DNA of 64,000 nucleotides from contig JAGSHD010000001.1 in NCBI GenBank assembly GCA_023954715.1, positions 300,468-364,467 on the forward strand. The letters are read 5' to 3'. The first letter of the stretch is position 1. Every line of letters starts with the position of its first letter. Position numbers and translations under genes: made by a program. Under the pieces are notes generated by a model that worked only from the letters and a program-made list of their open reading frames with translations, was not told the origin of the DNA and did no database searches. Origin of the DNA: Candidatus Cloacimonadota bacterium (lineage in GTDB: Bacteria > Muiribacteriota > UBA6191). Shown in pieces: positions 9,505-18,801 of this stretch.

Positions 9505-10530
9505 ATGCTTAAAATCTTTGTCTTTTCTACCTTTATTTTATCAATGATTAACACTGTCTTTTGTGAAAATATACAGTTTGGAGGTATAGAGATTTCATTT
9601 AGTGAATCCAAAGCTCCGCAAGACATTAATGAAACTCGCTTTTTATATAATCGTTTACTTGAATACGCAACAGCCTCTGAACTAGCCTATGAAGACGATG
9701 ATAAGATATTAGAAAAGTATCCCGATGCTGAGATTGGCCTTTTAGAAGATACTAACGTTAAATTTTTTGTTGTAAAAAACCACAAGAAAAAGACTCAATT
9801 TATTGCCTTTCGTGGAACAGCCGGTTTTACCAATATCTTGATTGATGCAACCTTTTGGCCTCATAAAGACGAAACTATCGGAGTCAATGTACATAAGGGC
9901 TTTTTTAAAGTTGCCAGAGAGTTTTTTAAAGAAGGAATCCAAAAACTAAATCCAAAGTATCAAACTACCTTAACTGGTCATTCTCTAGGTGCTGCTGTAG
10001 CAGCATTAGTCGGTATGAAACTTCAAAAAGCTTCTTATAAAGTACAAGAAGTAGTAACCTTTGGACAACCTCGCTTTACAGATATTAAAGGTGCAAAGTA
10101 TATTAGTGGTTTACCCGTTGTTCGAGTTGGAGAAATGAGAGATTTAATCACTTTCTTACCACCACTATGGATTACAGACTTTCAACATTTTGGTGATAAA
10201 TTAGAGTTTAGAGATGGTGAAGGTTATGAGTACATCAATAACAACCAAGAAAACACTATCGATAATATTGTCGCTCTACAAAAACCTGAGGTTTTGGCAT
10301 TATGGTTACAATTTCTTGATGAACATTCTCAAGAGCCAATAAAATCACCTGAATATATTGAGATTAAAAAATATCTGTCTACTGTTACTTTAGATCATGA
10401 ATTACTCGGTAATTGGACTCCCTTTCATCGTATAGCCAATTACATCAGTGAAATTAAACGATGGTTTATTGATTCAAAAACAAAAGAAGCCAAGAAAAAT
10501 AAGTTTTATAATAAATCATTAACAAACTAA
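9505..10530 (+). CDS. Secreted class-3 (fungal-type) triacylglycerol lipase family protein.
   Basis: A signal peptide and the GHSLGAAVA nucleophile elbow are embedded in a Lipase_3-like context (FRGT...TGHSLG...). Confidence 0.8.
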   Translation: MLKIFVFSTFILSMINTVFCENIQFGGIEISFSESKAPQDINETRFLYNRLLEYATASELAYEDDDKILEKYPDAEIGLLEDTNVKFFVVKNHKKKTQFIAFRGTAGFTNILIDATFWPHKDETIGVNVHKGFFKVAREFFKEGIQKLNPKYQTTLTGHSLGAAVAALVGMKLQKASYKVQEVVTFGQPRFTDIKGAKYISGLPVVRVGEMRDLITFLPPLWITDFQHFGDKLEFRDGEGYEYINNNQENTIDNIVALQKPEVLALWLQFLDEHSQEPIKSPEYIEIKKYLSTVTLDHELLGNWTPFHRIANYISEIKRWFIDSKTKEAKKNKFYNKSLTN

Positions 10531-10577
10531 AAAAAAATCCCCCACTGAAACATAAATTTCAGTGGGGGATTTTTTAA
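10531..10577. terminator. Bidirectional rho-independent terminator with a perfect 13-bp stem (TCCCCCACTGAAA / TTTCAGTGGGGGA).
   Basis: The stem spans 10538-10550 / 10557-10569 with loop CATAAA. It is flanked by A8 and T6 and lies between convergent genes. Confidence 0.75.
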
Positions 10578-13500
10578 TTAACTAAGCATCCCTTTTAAAG
10601 ACCTATAGTCAGTTTTACCTGTTCCTAACAATGGTATTTCTTCTACCTTGATAAACTTGTTGAGTCTACCAACATTAGAAAACCCTGCTTCTTTTAATAA
10701 GTTATTAGCTTCATCAAAGCTGATATCTAAAGTAGAGAACAAACACATAATGGGTCGTTCCCCATCAATTTCAAGTGCCTCAATAGCCACAAGTGGCCCT
10801 TCTTCACCTGCTGGCCATTGTTTTACAATTACAGACTCCATAGCTGGAATAGAAATCATCTCACCGGCAATTTTAACAAACCTCTTTAAACGACCAGCCA
10901 AAATTATATTGCCATTTTCGTCTAAAAACCCTAAATCACCTGTATTGTAATATGTTTGCCCTTCTACTTCTATAAATGGATTAGGTGGGTTTTCGCCGAT
11001 ATAGCCATTAAAGATATTATCCCCTTTTACTATAATTAGACCACGCTCGCCTTGAGATAAAATTGCTTTACTATCGATATCTACAATTTTTACTGTAACA
11101 GCATCAATAGGTTTACCCACGCCAGCTCTATCTATTCCAACTCGATTGGCACTAATGATTGGAGAGCATTCTGTGATTCCGTATCCTTCTATCAAAGATG
11201 AAGTTTCACAAGTATCTGATACTACTTTAAACAAAGCATCTGGTACTTTTTCTGCTCCAGCTACAATGTAACGGATACTTTGTAACTGCTCTCTTTCTCC
11301 AGCTTTATAAATTGCTGCTGCAAAAGATGGGGTTCCACAAATTATAGTGCTTTTCCAGGTGTTAATACCATAAGCCAATCTCTTAGCCTCCGTTGGATTT
11401 GCATAATACGATACTTTACATCCAGTGGTTAAAGGAAGGATCGTTGTAATGGTAAAGCCAAATGAATGAAATGGAGGTAAAAAACCATACATGGCATCAT
11501 CATGCTGAAACGGCATAATTTCAAAAGCACTAACAACATTTGACAATACATTTTTATGAGTAAGAGATACTCCTTTTGGCACAGTCTCTGACCCTGAAGT
11601 AAACAATACCACAGCTTCATCATCTTCATTAATCTCATCTAAATGATATTTAGCAATCAGACTTTTTGCCGGTTTTTTTGACTCTAATGCTGCTTTAATT
11701 TTTTCAAAAAGAGTAAACTCGTCTTTTCTTAGATCTTCTAAAAATACCAATCTATCTTCTAAGCAGCCTAAGTCTACTGAGCCAAGCTTATCAACAAACT
11801 TTAAGGATGAAATTACCACTTCGATTCCGGATACTTTTTGTACATGCTCTAGGTTTCTTGAACCCAAGGTCCAGTTTACCATTACAGGTACTTTACCTGC
11901 ATAATAACAAGCCATAGTTACTAATGCTGCCCCACAACTAGCAGGAAGCATCACACCAATACGTTTGTCTTCGATCTTTCTTAGATAAGATGCTATTAAT
12001 AATGCTGCCAACTTAGACTTTTTATTGGATAATACTCCAGAGTTGTCATCAGCCATACAAACATGAGAACCAAGTCGATCACAAGATAACATCATTGCTT
12101 CAGCCATGGTTTTAGCCAATGGTGGTAAAACATCAGGCCGCTTTTGAGTAGACTCCCAACCTTCTGGTGTTTTAGTTTCAAACTCTTCTTCTGACTCACC
12201 ACCAGTTGCTGCAATTACAACAACAGATGCCACCGTAGTAATGGTAGTCGCGTCAAAGTTATTTACTTCAAAAATGTCCTCAAGCCATATTAAAATCTCA
12301 GACCTATCCAATGAGTCTAATCCTAGATCATCATTAATATGATCATCTAAATTAATATCCTTTGGATCCTTATTTAACATTTTTGAAAATTCAAAGATGA
12401 CTTTTTCAACGATCTCTTGATCGATATTTGAAACATCAATCTCTTCTTTTTGTGCTTTTTCTAGAGTTTCTGGAAGCTCATTATACCACCTACAAAGAGA
12501 TACAGGCGCAATCTCTTGTCGAGTGCCTTGATTATAGTAATTTTCTAACCATTCATTTCTTTCATTTTTATCAGCATTATAAGGAAAGTCCGCTGGTGCT
12601 AGCTCCAAGTTAATATGAACAGGACGCTTAGGAACAAAAAATATTAAGTTTTTAGCCAAAATCTTAAGCACTCTTAAAAGCAATGGTCCAGGATCTGGTG
12701 TCACACCCGCTGTATGAGCAGTAGAGGATAATGATCCCCATAAACCAGTTGTCCTTGCTAAAACCACATTGATATTGGGATTAGACTTTAGAATAATATC
12801 TACTGCTGACGCCCCCTTCATATCCTCTACTCCGTTTCGCATTAAGCGACCGGCAGGATATAATAATACGTTTTCTCCATCCTCAAGACTTTGGGCAGTA
12901 TCACTAAAGACTTTATTCATTCTTTTTAATTTAAAATAGCTTGTGCCTTGATCCATGTCGGGTACGGGAATAGCATTTACAAAATTGAGTAATTGATTTA
13001 ACACCGGTAGAGTATAAAATGTCTCCGTAACTAAGGGGCGTATCTTAAAGTGTGATAATAAACCACTAGCCATAATCAAAGGATCTAACTCAGCTGGATG
13101 ATTTGGCATGATCAACATACCTTTTTTACCCTTTAAGTTTTCAAGACCACTAATACTCACTTTATAACGTAAATTAACGAGTTTTTTAATAATAAAAGCC
13201 AAAGCTCTAAGAGATAAATTATAACCCCTTTCACTATTAGGAAGAAGAGTGATTAAAGGTAAAATTGATGCGAAGATTACAGCTGCAATAAAGATAAATT
13301 GAGTTGTTTCATTCAATACTTGAAATTTTAATAAGCCGCCAATTACTAAACCAATAGAAAAACAAAAGAATGAAACCCAGGCACTTTGAAATGCTGCTCC
13401 AGTACCTTCTTTTTTCTCTTCTCCTACTAAGCGCAAATACTCGGAGTCAATCAAGTTTGCACATATACCAAATACAGCACCTAAAACTCCCATAAGTACA

Positions 13501-14450
13501 GCAGCAATGATGTATATATTATGGTTTTCTTCTAAAACTAAGGTAGGACCACATGCTTGTATAATAAATGGAAAAGCAAAAGTGATTGCAAAAAATATGA
13601 ATCCAGCCCCAAAAGCTGATACAAAACGTAAAGATTGAAATCTTGGAGCAAGTATTGACCCAATAATTATACCAATGGCTGCCCATAATGACATATATAC
13701 ACATTGTTCAGCCGTACCTAAATTTAATTTTTCACAATAAGCTGTAATAGCTAAACTAACTACACTTGAACAACCCCAAAGCATAGGTGCAGAAATCAAA
13801 TAGGCCCAATATCTAGTAAACAAATAAAAGGACTCTTCAACCAAAGTAGAAGAACTTTCTTTATACGATATTAAATCTTCATCTGGAAACTTTACCAATG
13901 AGCCAAAAATCCCTGCTAAAAGTAAAACTCCAGCCGCAATTTGAGCTCCTAATTCAGGATTGACTCTTTGATATTCTTCACCAAAGGTAACACCAGCAAT
14001 CATAGCCACAATCATTATTACTGTTAAGGTACTGTTTATTTGAATTGTAGACTTGTTACTAAATTTAGCTAGTAAAGGTACACTAGCCATTTTAGCTGAA
14101 TTATAAATTCCAATAAGTAATCCTACAAATCCTACGTAAAACCATGCTGTGAAAACCCACCCTGACAAATGCCCACCAAAAAACAAAATGGCAGACATTA
14201 ATCCAGTAGATAACATAATGATTCGTTTATTGGTTGATGCCGCTAAAGGTCCCGATACAAAAAATATTAGAGTGGGTCCTAAAGTAAAAATGGACGCTAC
14301 AAATTGAATAATCCATTCTTTCTCCGCAGCGATCTGCTCTGGTATTCCGTTACCAGCAACAAAGGCAATATGTCCTACAATGTAGAACTTGATAAAGCCC
14401 ATTCCAAAACTAGCAAAAAATGTAGCTAGTATTAAATAAAAAAACATCAT
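10578..14450 (-). CDS. Four-domain fusion protein of 1290 aa. The N-terminus is an LplT-like MFS lysophospholipid transporter. It is followed by a PlsC-type acyltransferase (2-acyl-GPE acyltransferase-like), an embedded acyl-carrier/PP-binding domain, and a C-terminal AMP-binding acyl-ACP/CoA synthetase (Aas-like).
   Basis: There are about 12 hydrophobic TM segments in the first ~400 aa. The HX4D motif NHPAELD lies at 13091-13111. The PP-binding motif DDLGLDSLDRSEIL lies at about 12300-12340. The adenylation motif FTSGSETVPKG lies at about 11565-11600, with YGITE and GDLG downstream. GGAG lies 8 nt upstream of ATGATG. Confidence 0.85.
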   Translation of the reverse strand: MMFFYLILATFFASFGMGFIKFYIVGHIAFVAGNGIPEQIAAEKEWIIQFVASIFTLGPTLIFFVSGPLAASTNKRIIMLSTGLMSAILFFGGHLSGWVFTAWFYVGFVGLLIGIYNSAKMASVPLLAKFSNKSTIQINSTLTVIMIVAMIAGVTFGEEYQRVNPELGAQIAAGVLLLAGIFGSLVKFPDEDLISYKESSSTLVEESFYLFTRYWAYLISAPMLWGCSSVVSLAITAYCEKLNLGTAEQCVYMSLWAAIGIIIGSILAPRFQSLRFVSAFGAGFIFFAITFAFPFIIQACGPTLVLEENHNIYIIAAVLMGVLGAVFGICANLIDSEYLRLVGEEKKEGTGAAFQSAWVSFFCFSIGLVIGGLLKFQVLNETTQFIFIAAVIFASILPLITLLPNSERGYNLSLRALAFIIKKLVNLRYKVSISGLENLKGKKGMLIMPNHPAELDPLIMASGLLSHFKIRPLVTETFYTLPVLNQLLNFVNAIPVPDMDQGTSYFKLKRMNKVFSDTAQSLEDGENVLLYPAGRLMRNGVEDMKGASAVDIILKSNPNINVVLARTTGLWGSLSSTAHTAGVTPDPGPLLLRVLKILAKNLIFFVPKRPVHINLELAPADFPYNADKNERNEWLENYYNQGTRQEIAPVSLCRWYNELPETLEKAQKEEIDVSNIDQEIVEKVIFEFSKMLNKDPKDINLDDHINDDLGLDSLDRSEILIWLEDIFEVNNFDATTITTVASVVVIAATGGESEEEFETKTPEGWESTQKRPDVLPPLAKTMAEAMMLSCDRLGSHVCMADDNSGVLSNKKSKLAALLIASYLRKIEDKRIGVMLPASCGAALVTMACYYAGKVPVMVNWTLGSRNLEHVQKVSGIEVVISSLKFVDKLGSVDLGCLEDRLVFLEDLRKDEFTLFEKIKAALESKKPAKSLIAKYHLDEINEDDEAVVLFTSGSETVPKGVSLTHKNVLSNVVSAFEIMPFQHDDAMYGFLPPFHSFGFTITTILPLTTGCKVSYYANPTEAKRLAYGINTWKSTIICGTPSFAAAIYKAGEREQLQSIRYIVAGAEKVPDALFKVVSDTCETSSLIEGYGITECSPIISANRVGIDRAGVGKPIDAVTVKIVDIDSKAILSQGERGLIIVKGDNIFNGYIGENPPNPFIEVEGQTYYNTGDLGFLDENGNIILAGRLKRFVKIAGEMISIPAMESVIVKQWPAGEEGPLVAIEALEIDGERPIMCLFSTLDISFDEANNLLKEAGFSNVGRLNKFIKVEEIPLLGTGKTDYRSLKGMLS

Positions 14451-14503
14451 ATATACTCCTATAAGGATATTGAGTATTAAGTACTCTAGTTCACTTTATT
14501 GTG

Positions 14504-15085
14504 TTATGACTGATCTTCTTTGATTCCGATCAATTCAAATAATAACTCCATCTGATTTTTTTGAAAACCATTGCTTGCCAAATAAGATATGGGAAGCAAT
14601 TGCATGATACCAAGACCTAGGCCCCAATGTACTAGTGCCCAAGATAAACTCTGCGCATTAGATTGAAAGTCGGATAATAGTTGCTCAAGTAGCTCAGCAA
14701 ATTTTTCAAAAGTGATCGATAACTGATGTTGGATCTGACTTGAGTTATTTTGAACTACCAATTTTTGCAATAACATAAACTCAGAACTCTTATCACTTGG
14801 AGTACAAGTAAAGTTTTTGGTTATGATTTGCAAGGCACATTTAGAGTCTTTAGTACTCTTTATCAAGTCTGACCATTTGGCTAATTGTTTTTCACGAGCT
14901 GATTCTATACAACTTAGTATAATATCTTCTTTTTTTTTGAAGCAACGATATAAAATCATCTCTTTAACATTAAGTTGTTGAGATAACTCTTTTGTCGTCA
15001 AAGCGGAAACTCCACCCAGAGCTATAATCTCAGTTGCTTTAGCTACAATTTGAATTTTTCTATCTGCTGTTTTTATTCTTGTCAT
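14504..15085 (-). CDS. TetR-family transcriptional regulator.
   Basis: An N-terminal HTH (ATEIIALGGVSALTTKELSQQLNVKEMILYRCFKKKEDI) is typical of the TetR/AcrR family. The length is about 190 aa. The gene is co-oriented with and lies 53 bp upstream of the lipid fusion gene. Confidence 0.75.
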   Translation of the reverse strand: MTRIKTADRKIQIVAKATEIIALGGVSALTTKELSQQLNVKEMILYRCFKKKEDIILSCIESAREKQLAKWSDLIKSTKDSKCALQIITKNFTCTPSDKSSEFMLLQKLVVQNNSSQIQHQLSITFEKFAELLEQLLSDFQSNAQSLSWALVHWGLGLGIMQLLPISYLASNGFQKNQMELLFELIGIKEDQS

Positions 15086-15091
15086 ATATAG

Positions 15092-15111
15092 ATGTTAGTA
15101 AGGACTAACAT
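15092..15111. promoter_or_regulatory. 20-bp palindrome ATGTTAGT-AAGG-ACTAACAT, 7 bp upstream of the tetR start codon. It is a candidate autoregulatory operator.
   Basis: Perfect 8-bp arms abut the TetR translation start, the classical position for TetR-family operators. Confidence 0.4.
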
Positions 15112-15338
15112 AATTGTCAATAGTGAATATCAAAAAATCTCATTCTTATATATGACTCTTTGTTAGTATCTACAGTAATATAGATACTTTTAGCCTAAAA
15201 AATATAATAAGACATTGCTAATACACAGAAGAAAACTGCATTTGGACTTCGTACAAGTTTCAGTTTATCTATCATCTTTTGTAATGATCGACAAGAAAGA
15301 AGTTTCTAATTATTCAAACGTAAGATTCAAACAGGTTT

Positions 15339-15839
15339 TTATATTTTTGGATTGGACTGAACTTGAAACTGCTTACTGAATCTTAAGTGATCCTCAGCAA
15401 GTTTTTGTTCGATGACTTTTGTAATCAAGGATTGAAAAAGTTTAGCAAACATGCCGTCTACCTGATACTCTACTTGAGTTTCTACAATGGATTTTTTATT
15501 AGCTTCGACGATAGTTGTACTAAAAGACCCCCGAATTCCTTTTAACGAAAACTCTCCCGAATGTTTGTCGCTATCATAGGAGTAGTCGATTTGCTCTTGT
15601 CGCTCTAAAAGACTTAAAACGCCTTGTCCTTGCTTAGACTTTTCATCAAATTTCAAAGATACAAAACCATCGATCAAGTTGTACTCTAAGGGTGGTTTAG
15701 CAATAAAGGTATTAACATTAACTTTGGATTGATCTATCTCTACACTAAGTACAAATTGATCTTTACCATCCATAAAATAAACCACAATCAATAAAACTAT
15801 AGATGCTGTTACTAAAATTGAAAATATTTTTTTTGCCAT
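15339..15839 (-). CDS. Hypothetical membrane-anchored protein, encoded 14 bp downstream of the patatin autotransporter gene.
   Basis: An N-terminal TM helix (ILVTASIVLLIVVYF) is followed by a soluble ~140-aa domain. There is no confident family assignment. A lipid-binding SRPBCC-like fold is a guess only. Confidence 0.5.
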   Translation of the reverse strand: MAKKIFSILVTASIVLLIVVYFMDGKDQFVLSVEIDQSKVNVNTFIAKPPLEYNLIDGFVSLKFDEKSKQGQGVLSLLERQEQIDYSYDSDKHSGEFSLKGIRGSFSTTIVEANKKSIVETQVEYQVDGMFAKLFQSLITKVIEQKLAEDHLRFSKQFQVQSNPKI

Positions 15840-15853
15840 AAAACTATACTCTT

Positions 15854-18025
15854 TTAAAATGAATATCCTATAGATACAAAACTACTCATATGATGACCGT
15901 TATGAAACACACTAAACTCAAGTGGACCAGCTTTAGTTAATTTAGCTAGAGTGATTCCACCAGATTTATTCATGGCAGAAAAAGAGTCTACATCAGCCTT
16001 AGTATAGCCTGTACTACCAACATTATACCTCAATAATACATAAGTGTTGGCTAATAGTTCATATTGAGCACCAACCATAGCACTTTGCAGGTAGTTTCCA
16101 CCATTAGAGTGTCTATCAAATCCATACAAAGTGGACATATCATAGAAGTTTCCGTATCCACCTTGAGCAAAAGCTGACTGTACACTCAGCTTCTTACCAT
16201 CTAAGTGCCCTCTCTTGTATGCAGTGAGAAGACTAAAACGGCTATTTAAAGGTGTTACTTTAAACAATGAGATTATCTTCTTAACATACTCTGAATCATT
16301 ATTTAAATCACTTGCTGCCCAACTAATTTCAAAATCATATTTCTCCCCTGATTTTGGAAAGTAGGTAGAATCTAAAGAGTCATAATTAACTGCACTATAC
16401 AATAAAGTTTCGTGTTCTTTTTTATTTAATTTTACAATTGCTTTGTTTTCATCTAGCCAATTATTTGCCAGTTTTAAACCAGAACGAATCGAAAAGTTAT
16501 TTTCTAAGATCGATCCTAGAGTAACATCCAATTGAAGTCTCTTATAATCTAACTCATTGATAGGCTTAGTAAGTTTGTCAAAATTAAAATATAGCTCTTC
16601 TTGGTATAATGCTTGTATTCGTAAAGCAGATAAGTGCTTTTTATGATTATTTAAATAAACGATACTTTGAGCTTTAAAGCTGTTTTTATTTCCTAGTTTC
16701 ATATCAAACAACAACTGTGAAATATTTTTTGAAAACTGATTTACCGTAGTATTGATTAAGGCCTCTGTTCTACCATGACGATCATATCTCAATCCAAAGT
16801 TAAATGATCCGCTGTCCTTTTCTTTAACTTTTACCACAAGAGTCTGACCATCGATCTGATAAGATACTAATTCAAAAAATAATGACCGATAGATTTTAGA
16901 GATGGCTGCTGAAATATCTTTTTCAGAAAACTCTGAGGGTAATTTTAATCCAGCTTCTCTTATCACAAATGAAGTAGGAACCTTTGCATTACCTTCTACC
17001 TTTATACTTATAATTTTAGCTTTCAAATCATGATCTGCTAAACATTTAGGTCTTCTTCTCAAGGAGACTTTAGCAGCTTTTAAAAGTGATTTAATTTCAG
17101 GGAGAGCTTTTCTAGCAGCATCTTCTCCCATTTTTATCCAATCCTCAATACGATCAAAGTTTTTAGCTGACATTTCAAGTACATTGGGTCGAATCAATAC
17201 ATCACAAAGAGCTCTTTGTTTATCATTATTTTTAGTATTGGTAAAACTTACCGTTTGATCCATAATAGCTACTAAATTATCAAGCTTTTCGGCCTTATGT
17301 AGCTTAGATCCAACGTCAACACCAATTACAATATCAGCACCCATTTCGATAACGTCTTTTACAGGAAAGTTCCGTACCATCATTCCATCAGCTAATAATT
17401 TGCCTTTATAACGTTTTGGTGTAAATGCATTTGGCAAGCCAATACTTGCTCTCATAGCCTCGGGTAGATTACCAGAAGTAATTGTTACCGCATCACCACT
17501 CTCAAGATCTGTTGTAATAGCAGCAAATGGTATTTTAAATTTAGAAAAGTCTCTTACATTATGATATGGCCATGCACTTGTTGCTAATACGGACTCCATT
17601 CGTTGTCCAGCTACTAAACCACTTGGTAAGTTTATATGCCCATCCCTAAAAGGAAGACTCACTACATACCTATCTAGCTGATCTTTTTGCTCCATAGAAA
17701 CAGCATTTCTTTTTGGTTTGTCATCTAATAAATAGTCCCAATTTTGCTTTAGAAGTTTCTCTTCAAGCTCCAATGCTGTACAACCTACTGAGTATAATCC
17801 CCCAATAACAGATCCCATGCTCGTTCCTGAGATAAGGTCCACTGGAATACCTTCTTCTTCAAAGACTTTTAAGACTCCAAGATGAGCGAACCCTTTAGCA
17901 GCACCACCACTTAAGGCTAAGCCAACTTTAATCGGATTTACTTTGTGGTAATCAACACTTGCTTCATTTTCTGAATAATTTAATTGTATTAAGCTAATAA
18001 ATAGAAAAACATAAAATATTTTCAA
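15854..18025 (-). CDS. Patatin-like phospholipase fused to a C-terminal outer-membrane beta-barrel (type Vd autotransporter, PlpD-like).
   Basis: A signal peptide, the oxyanion GGAAKG, the nucleophile GTSMG (GxSxG) and the Asp motif ADGMM are present. A ~400-aa C-terminal region has alternating amphipathic strands and ends in SIGYSF, an aromatic terminal residue typical of OM barrels. Confidence 0.8.
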   Translation of the reverse strand: MKIFYVFLFISLIQLNYSENEASVDYHKVNPIKVGLALSGGAAKGFAHLGVLKVFEEEGIPVDLISGTSMGSVIGGLYSVGCTALELEEKLLKQNWDYLLDDKPKRNAVSMEQKDQLDRYVVSLPFRDGHINLPSGLVAGQRMESVLATSAWPYHNVRDFSKFKIPFAAITTDLESGDAVTITSGNLPEAMRASIGLPNAFTPKRYKGKLLADGMMVRNFPVKDVIEMGADIVIGVDVGSKLHKAEKLDNLVAIMDQTVSFTNTKNNDKQRALCDVLIRPNVLEMSAKNFDRIEDWIKMGEDAARKALPEIKSLLKAAKVSLRRRPKCLADHDLKAKIISIKVEGNAKVPTSFVIREAGLKLPSEFSEKDISAAISKIYRSLFFELVSYQIDGQTLVVKVKEKDSGSFNFGLRYDRHGRTEALINTTVNQFSKNISQLLFDMKLGNKNSFKAQSIVYLNNHKKHLSALRIQALYQEELYFNFDKLTKPINELDYKRLQLDVTLGSILENNFSIRSGLKLANNWLDENKAIVKLNKKEHETLLYSAVNYDSLDSTYFPKSGEKYDFEISWAASDLNNDSEYVKKIISLFKVTPLNSRFSLLTAYKRGHLDGKKLSVQSAFAQGGYGNFYDMSTLYGFDRHSNGGNYLQSAMVGAQYELLANTYVLLRYNVGSTGYTKADVDSFSAMNKSGGITLAKLTKAGPLEFSVFHNGHHMSSFVSIGYSF

Positions 18026-18236
18026 CTTAATCCCCCATTATTATAGATTTTATTGAAATAATTATCAGTCATTTAGATTTTTACTAAACGCACAAAATGA
18101 AAATCGGTGTACCCACAACAATCTTATAGTTCAAAACTAAAAATTTTAACTGACAAAGCCGCTCACTATACTAAACAGACCTCATAATCCAAAATAGTGT
18201 GCTAAGTTAAGATAAATTTATAAAATATTGGGAGAC

Positions 18237-18791
18237 TTATTTTTCAGATTTTAGAAAAAATCCAAAGCAGGCACCACAAAATCCTCCAAGGATATGTGCA
18301 AATTGAGATACGTTGTCAGGTTTTAATGAATTTACGACTTCTTCACCAACATATAAAACTGCGATCAATAAAAAAGTTAAAGGAATCTCTCCATCTTTGA
18401 AATTAGATAAAGACCCCAGTAAAATCATCATAAATACAATTCCACTCGCACCATAAGCTCCTGTGTCCAATAGTGCTATATTTAAAATAGACGTAAAAAT
18501 AGCTGTAGCAAAAATCATTTGCCCTAAGGACCAAGAACCGTATTTTTCTTCTAACAGGGGGCCAATCAACAAAATTAATGAGAAATTTCCGATCAGATGA
18601 GCCCAATTTGCATGACCAAAAATATTAGAGATCATTCGAAAATAGTCTAATGGATCTGAAAAGTTCATTTGTCCACCAACTACAAAAAATGCCCTAGTGT
18701 AAATACCATTGGTAAAATGACTTAGGGCCATTACAGCAATACTTATAAAAGTAAAGGTCAACACGACCGGTGCATTATATTTTATTCTCAT
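18237..18791 (-). CDS. Rhomboid-family intramembrane serine protease.
   Basis: It has six TM segments. The HANWAHLIGN motif, the catalytic GASGIVF (GxSG) and the downstream FAHILGG His are present. Confidence 0.75.
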   Translation of the reverse strand: MRIKYNAPVVLTFTFISIAVMALSHFTNGIYTRAFFVVGGQMNFSDPLDYFRMISNIFGHANWAHLIGNFSLILLIGPLLEEKYGSWSLGQMIFATAIFTSILNIALLDTGAYGASGIVFMMILLGSLSNFKDGEIPLTFLLIAVLYVGEEVVNSLKPDNVSQFAHILGGFCGACFGFFLKSEK

Positions 18792-18801
18792 AATCGAAAC
18801 C

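Noticed and set aside
18403-18606. 67-aa minus-strand ORF in an alternative frame
   Set aside because: It is internal to the rhomboid protease gene in another frame.
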